In this document: positions 62,609-64,000 of the stretch, one piece after another | Layout: every line of letters begins with the position of its first letter | Position numbering within the stretch: the first letter of the stretch is position 1 | Source of the DNA: Camelus dromedarius | Lineage: Eukaryota | Assembly (NCBI RefSeq): GCF_036321535.1 | Contig: NC_087472.1 | Span: 105,400,001 to 105,464,000 of the forward strand | Direction of reading: 5' to 3' | Length of the DNA stretch: 64,000 nucleotides | Translations under genes and position numbers: made by a program | The notes under the pieces: model-generated | Databases searched by the model: none | Seen by the model: the letters and a program-made list of their open reading frames with translations, nothing else | What the model was told of the DNA's origin: nothing

Positions 62609-63133
62609 TGTGGACAAAGACTGTCACCGGCCACATCAGTAAACAAAGGATGGTTCAGCCATCAAGCCATCAGCCACTGCAGCTGCCCAGACTACGCCCC
62701 CGGAGGGGATTCAGGATGGGACTTTCAGGACACCGGCCCTAGAGAGTTAAGGTGCAGATCAAAGGAGCGGTTTCAGTGAGCCCAGGCTCTTCCATCTTCC
62801 CACACATAGAAAAGCGCTAAATTCATTAACTTGAGATGTCCGGTTTTCTTTAATCTTTAATGTTCTGGTGAAAAGTAATCTTTTGATGTTCTAACTGCCT
62901 GTTTTTTTTGTTTTGTTTTGTTTTTCGTTTTTTGGTTTTTGTTTGGCTTTGCTTTGTTTTGTTTTGTTTTCAAAATCTCCTATATATCCTGGCTCCTCCC
63001 TTCCCTCTTCGGAGCTGCCCCTCAGAGCGATCAGAGGGGCTGTCTCCCAGGGTTCAGGCCTCAGTATGTCTGCCAAATAAAATGGCATTCTCAACTTTTA
63101 AGTTGTGCTTTTTTTTTTTTTTTTCAGTCAACA
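62609..63133 (+). mobile_element. ERV1-like solo LTR, family B copy 2
   Basis: tgtggac...cagtcaaca with a perfect TSD AGCC (62605-62608, 63134-63137). Shares acatagaaaagcgctaaattc and ctcttcggagc...cctcagagcgatc with copy 1, and has an internal (TTTTG)n expansion. Confidence 0.9.
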
Positions 63134-63269
63134 AGCCCACGTGGGAGGGCCAGTCCAGGAGCCATTCTTTCTAGGCCTCCAGGGCAGGCGTACAGCTTAA
63201 CCCACCCTCACGACCGTAGACTCAGCTGATGGTACCTTCACTCCCACTGGGGATAAAGAAGTAATAATA

Positions 63270-63560
63270 ATGATAATATAACTTTATATAGATGCTTCTG
63301 ATCTTAAATGTGATTGAGGATCATTGTAGAAAGTCTGGAGAGCATGATGCTGACATGTACGGCCTGGTTATCCCATGCCAGGGACTAGTCTAAGCATCTC
63401 TCACTGAATTTTCAGCACAAGGTGATGCACTAGGATTGAGGTAAGGGCTAGTACTATCACCCTCCTTTAAAGGCGAGGTCCAGGTTACCTAACTTGTCCA
63501 AAGTTTCACTGCTAAGAAGTGGGAGCTGGGATTTGAATCCAGGCCATTGGACTTGAGGTG
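63270..63560 (-). mobile_element. MIR SINE
   Basis: aggttacctaacttgtccaaagtttcactgctaagaagtgggagctgggatttgaatccagg. Confidence 0.7.
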
Positions 63561-64000
63561 CCCCACTCCTGGGGCCCCTACCTAGTGTGAGAGAAGAATC
63601 TGGGAGTGATTTGGAAGAAGATTTTTTTTTTTTCTTTTTCTGGTTTTGTTTTATTCTTGCAGAGTTTGTTTCCTCTGAAATTTTCAATGATGATTATTAT
63701 ATGATATAATTATATGCAAGGAACATAGGCAAAGAACAGATGTTGCCTCTGAGAACTGGACTGGAATATTTGGGGGGGGGGGGAAACCCAAACTGAGAAA
63801 TGACTGAATCGACAGCCAGTGACAGCTGTTCTTTTTAGGAAGTTAAATCGAGTGTGTCTTCTCAAAGAGTTTCTGCTTCCGGAAGAAACGCATCCTGTTT
63901 GCTGTGTGCTCAAAGGCAAAGTGTGTGCGTGTGATGACACCCGGACAGGCCTGCTGTCCCCCAAACAAAGGGCCAGGCCGTCAGGCATCAGAAGCTTTTC

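Noticed and set aside
47700-64000. TLR8 or TLR7 coding sequence
   Set aside because: No long leucine-rich-repeat or TIR ORF is present; by synteny these genes should lie beyond the right edge.
1-64000. Window-wide enrichment of octamer motifs (about nine seen)
   Set aside because: Several are expected by chance in AT-rich mammalian DNA and one is part of L1; not claimed without a background model.
1-64000. CRISPR arrays, operons, rRNA or other prokaryotic systems
   Set aside because: The sequence is mammalian intergenic DNA with no regularly spaced repeat-spacer structure or rRNA-like segment.

Overview
Mammalian genomic DNA, most likely a camelid (camel/alpaca). The evidence is two copies of the tRNA-Ala-derived vic-1-type SINE and artiodactyl-type L1 3' ends. 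The only recognisable gene is TMSB4X (thymosin beta-4), on the minus strand at about 45030-47086, which places the window at the X-linked locus next to TLR7/TLR8 in other mammals. The call rests on the visible exon 1, a CpG-island promoter and the middle of the 3' UTR. Its coding exons and poly(A) signal fall inside three N-runs, so the CDS cannot be read and the ORF track misses the gene. The rest is intergenic: L1 fragments of several ages, MIR/L2, MaLR LTRs, hAT DNA transposons, two pairs of same-family ERV1-like solo LTRs, microsatellites and repeat-poor patches with immune-type transcription-factor motifs. I found no convincing novel protein-coding gene or new biological system. The most notable observations are the N-runs that hide the TMSB4X exons, a possible alternative donor in intron 1, and PU.1/IRF, octamer and ETS enhancer candidates. 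Repeat family names come from recalled consensus sequences, not from a database search.
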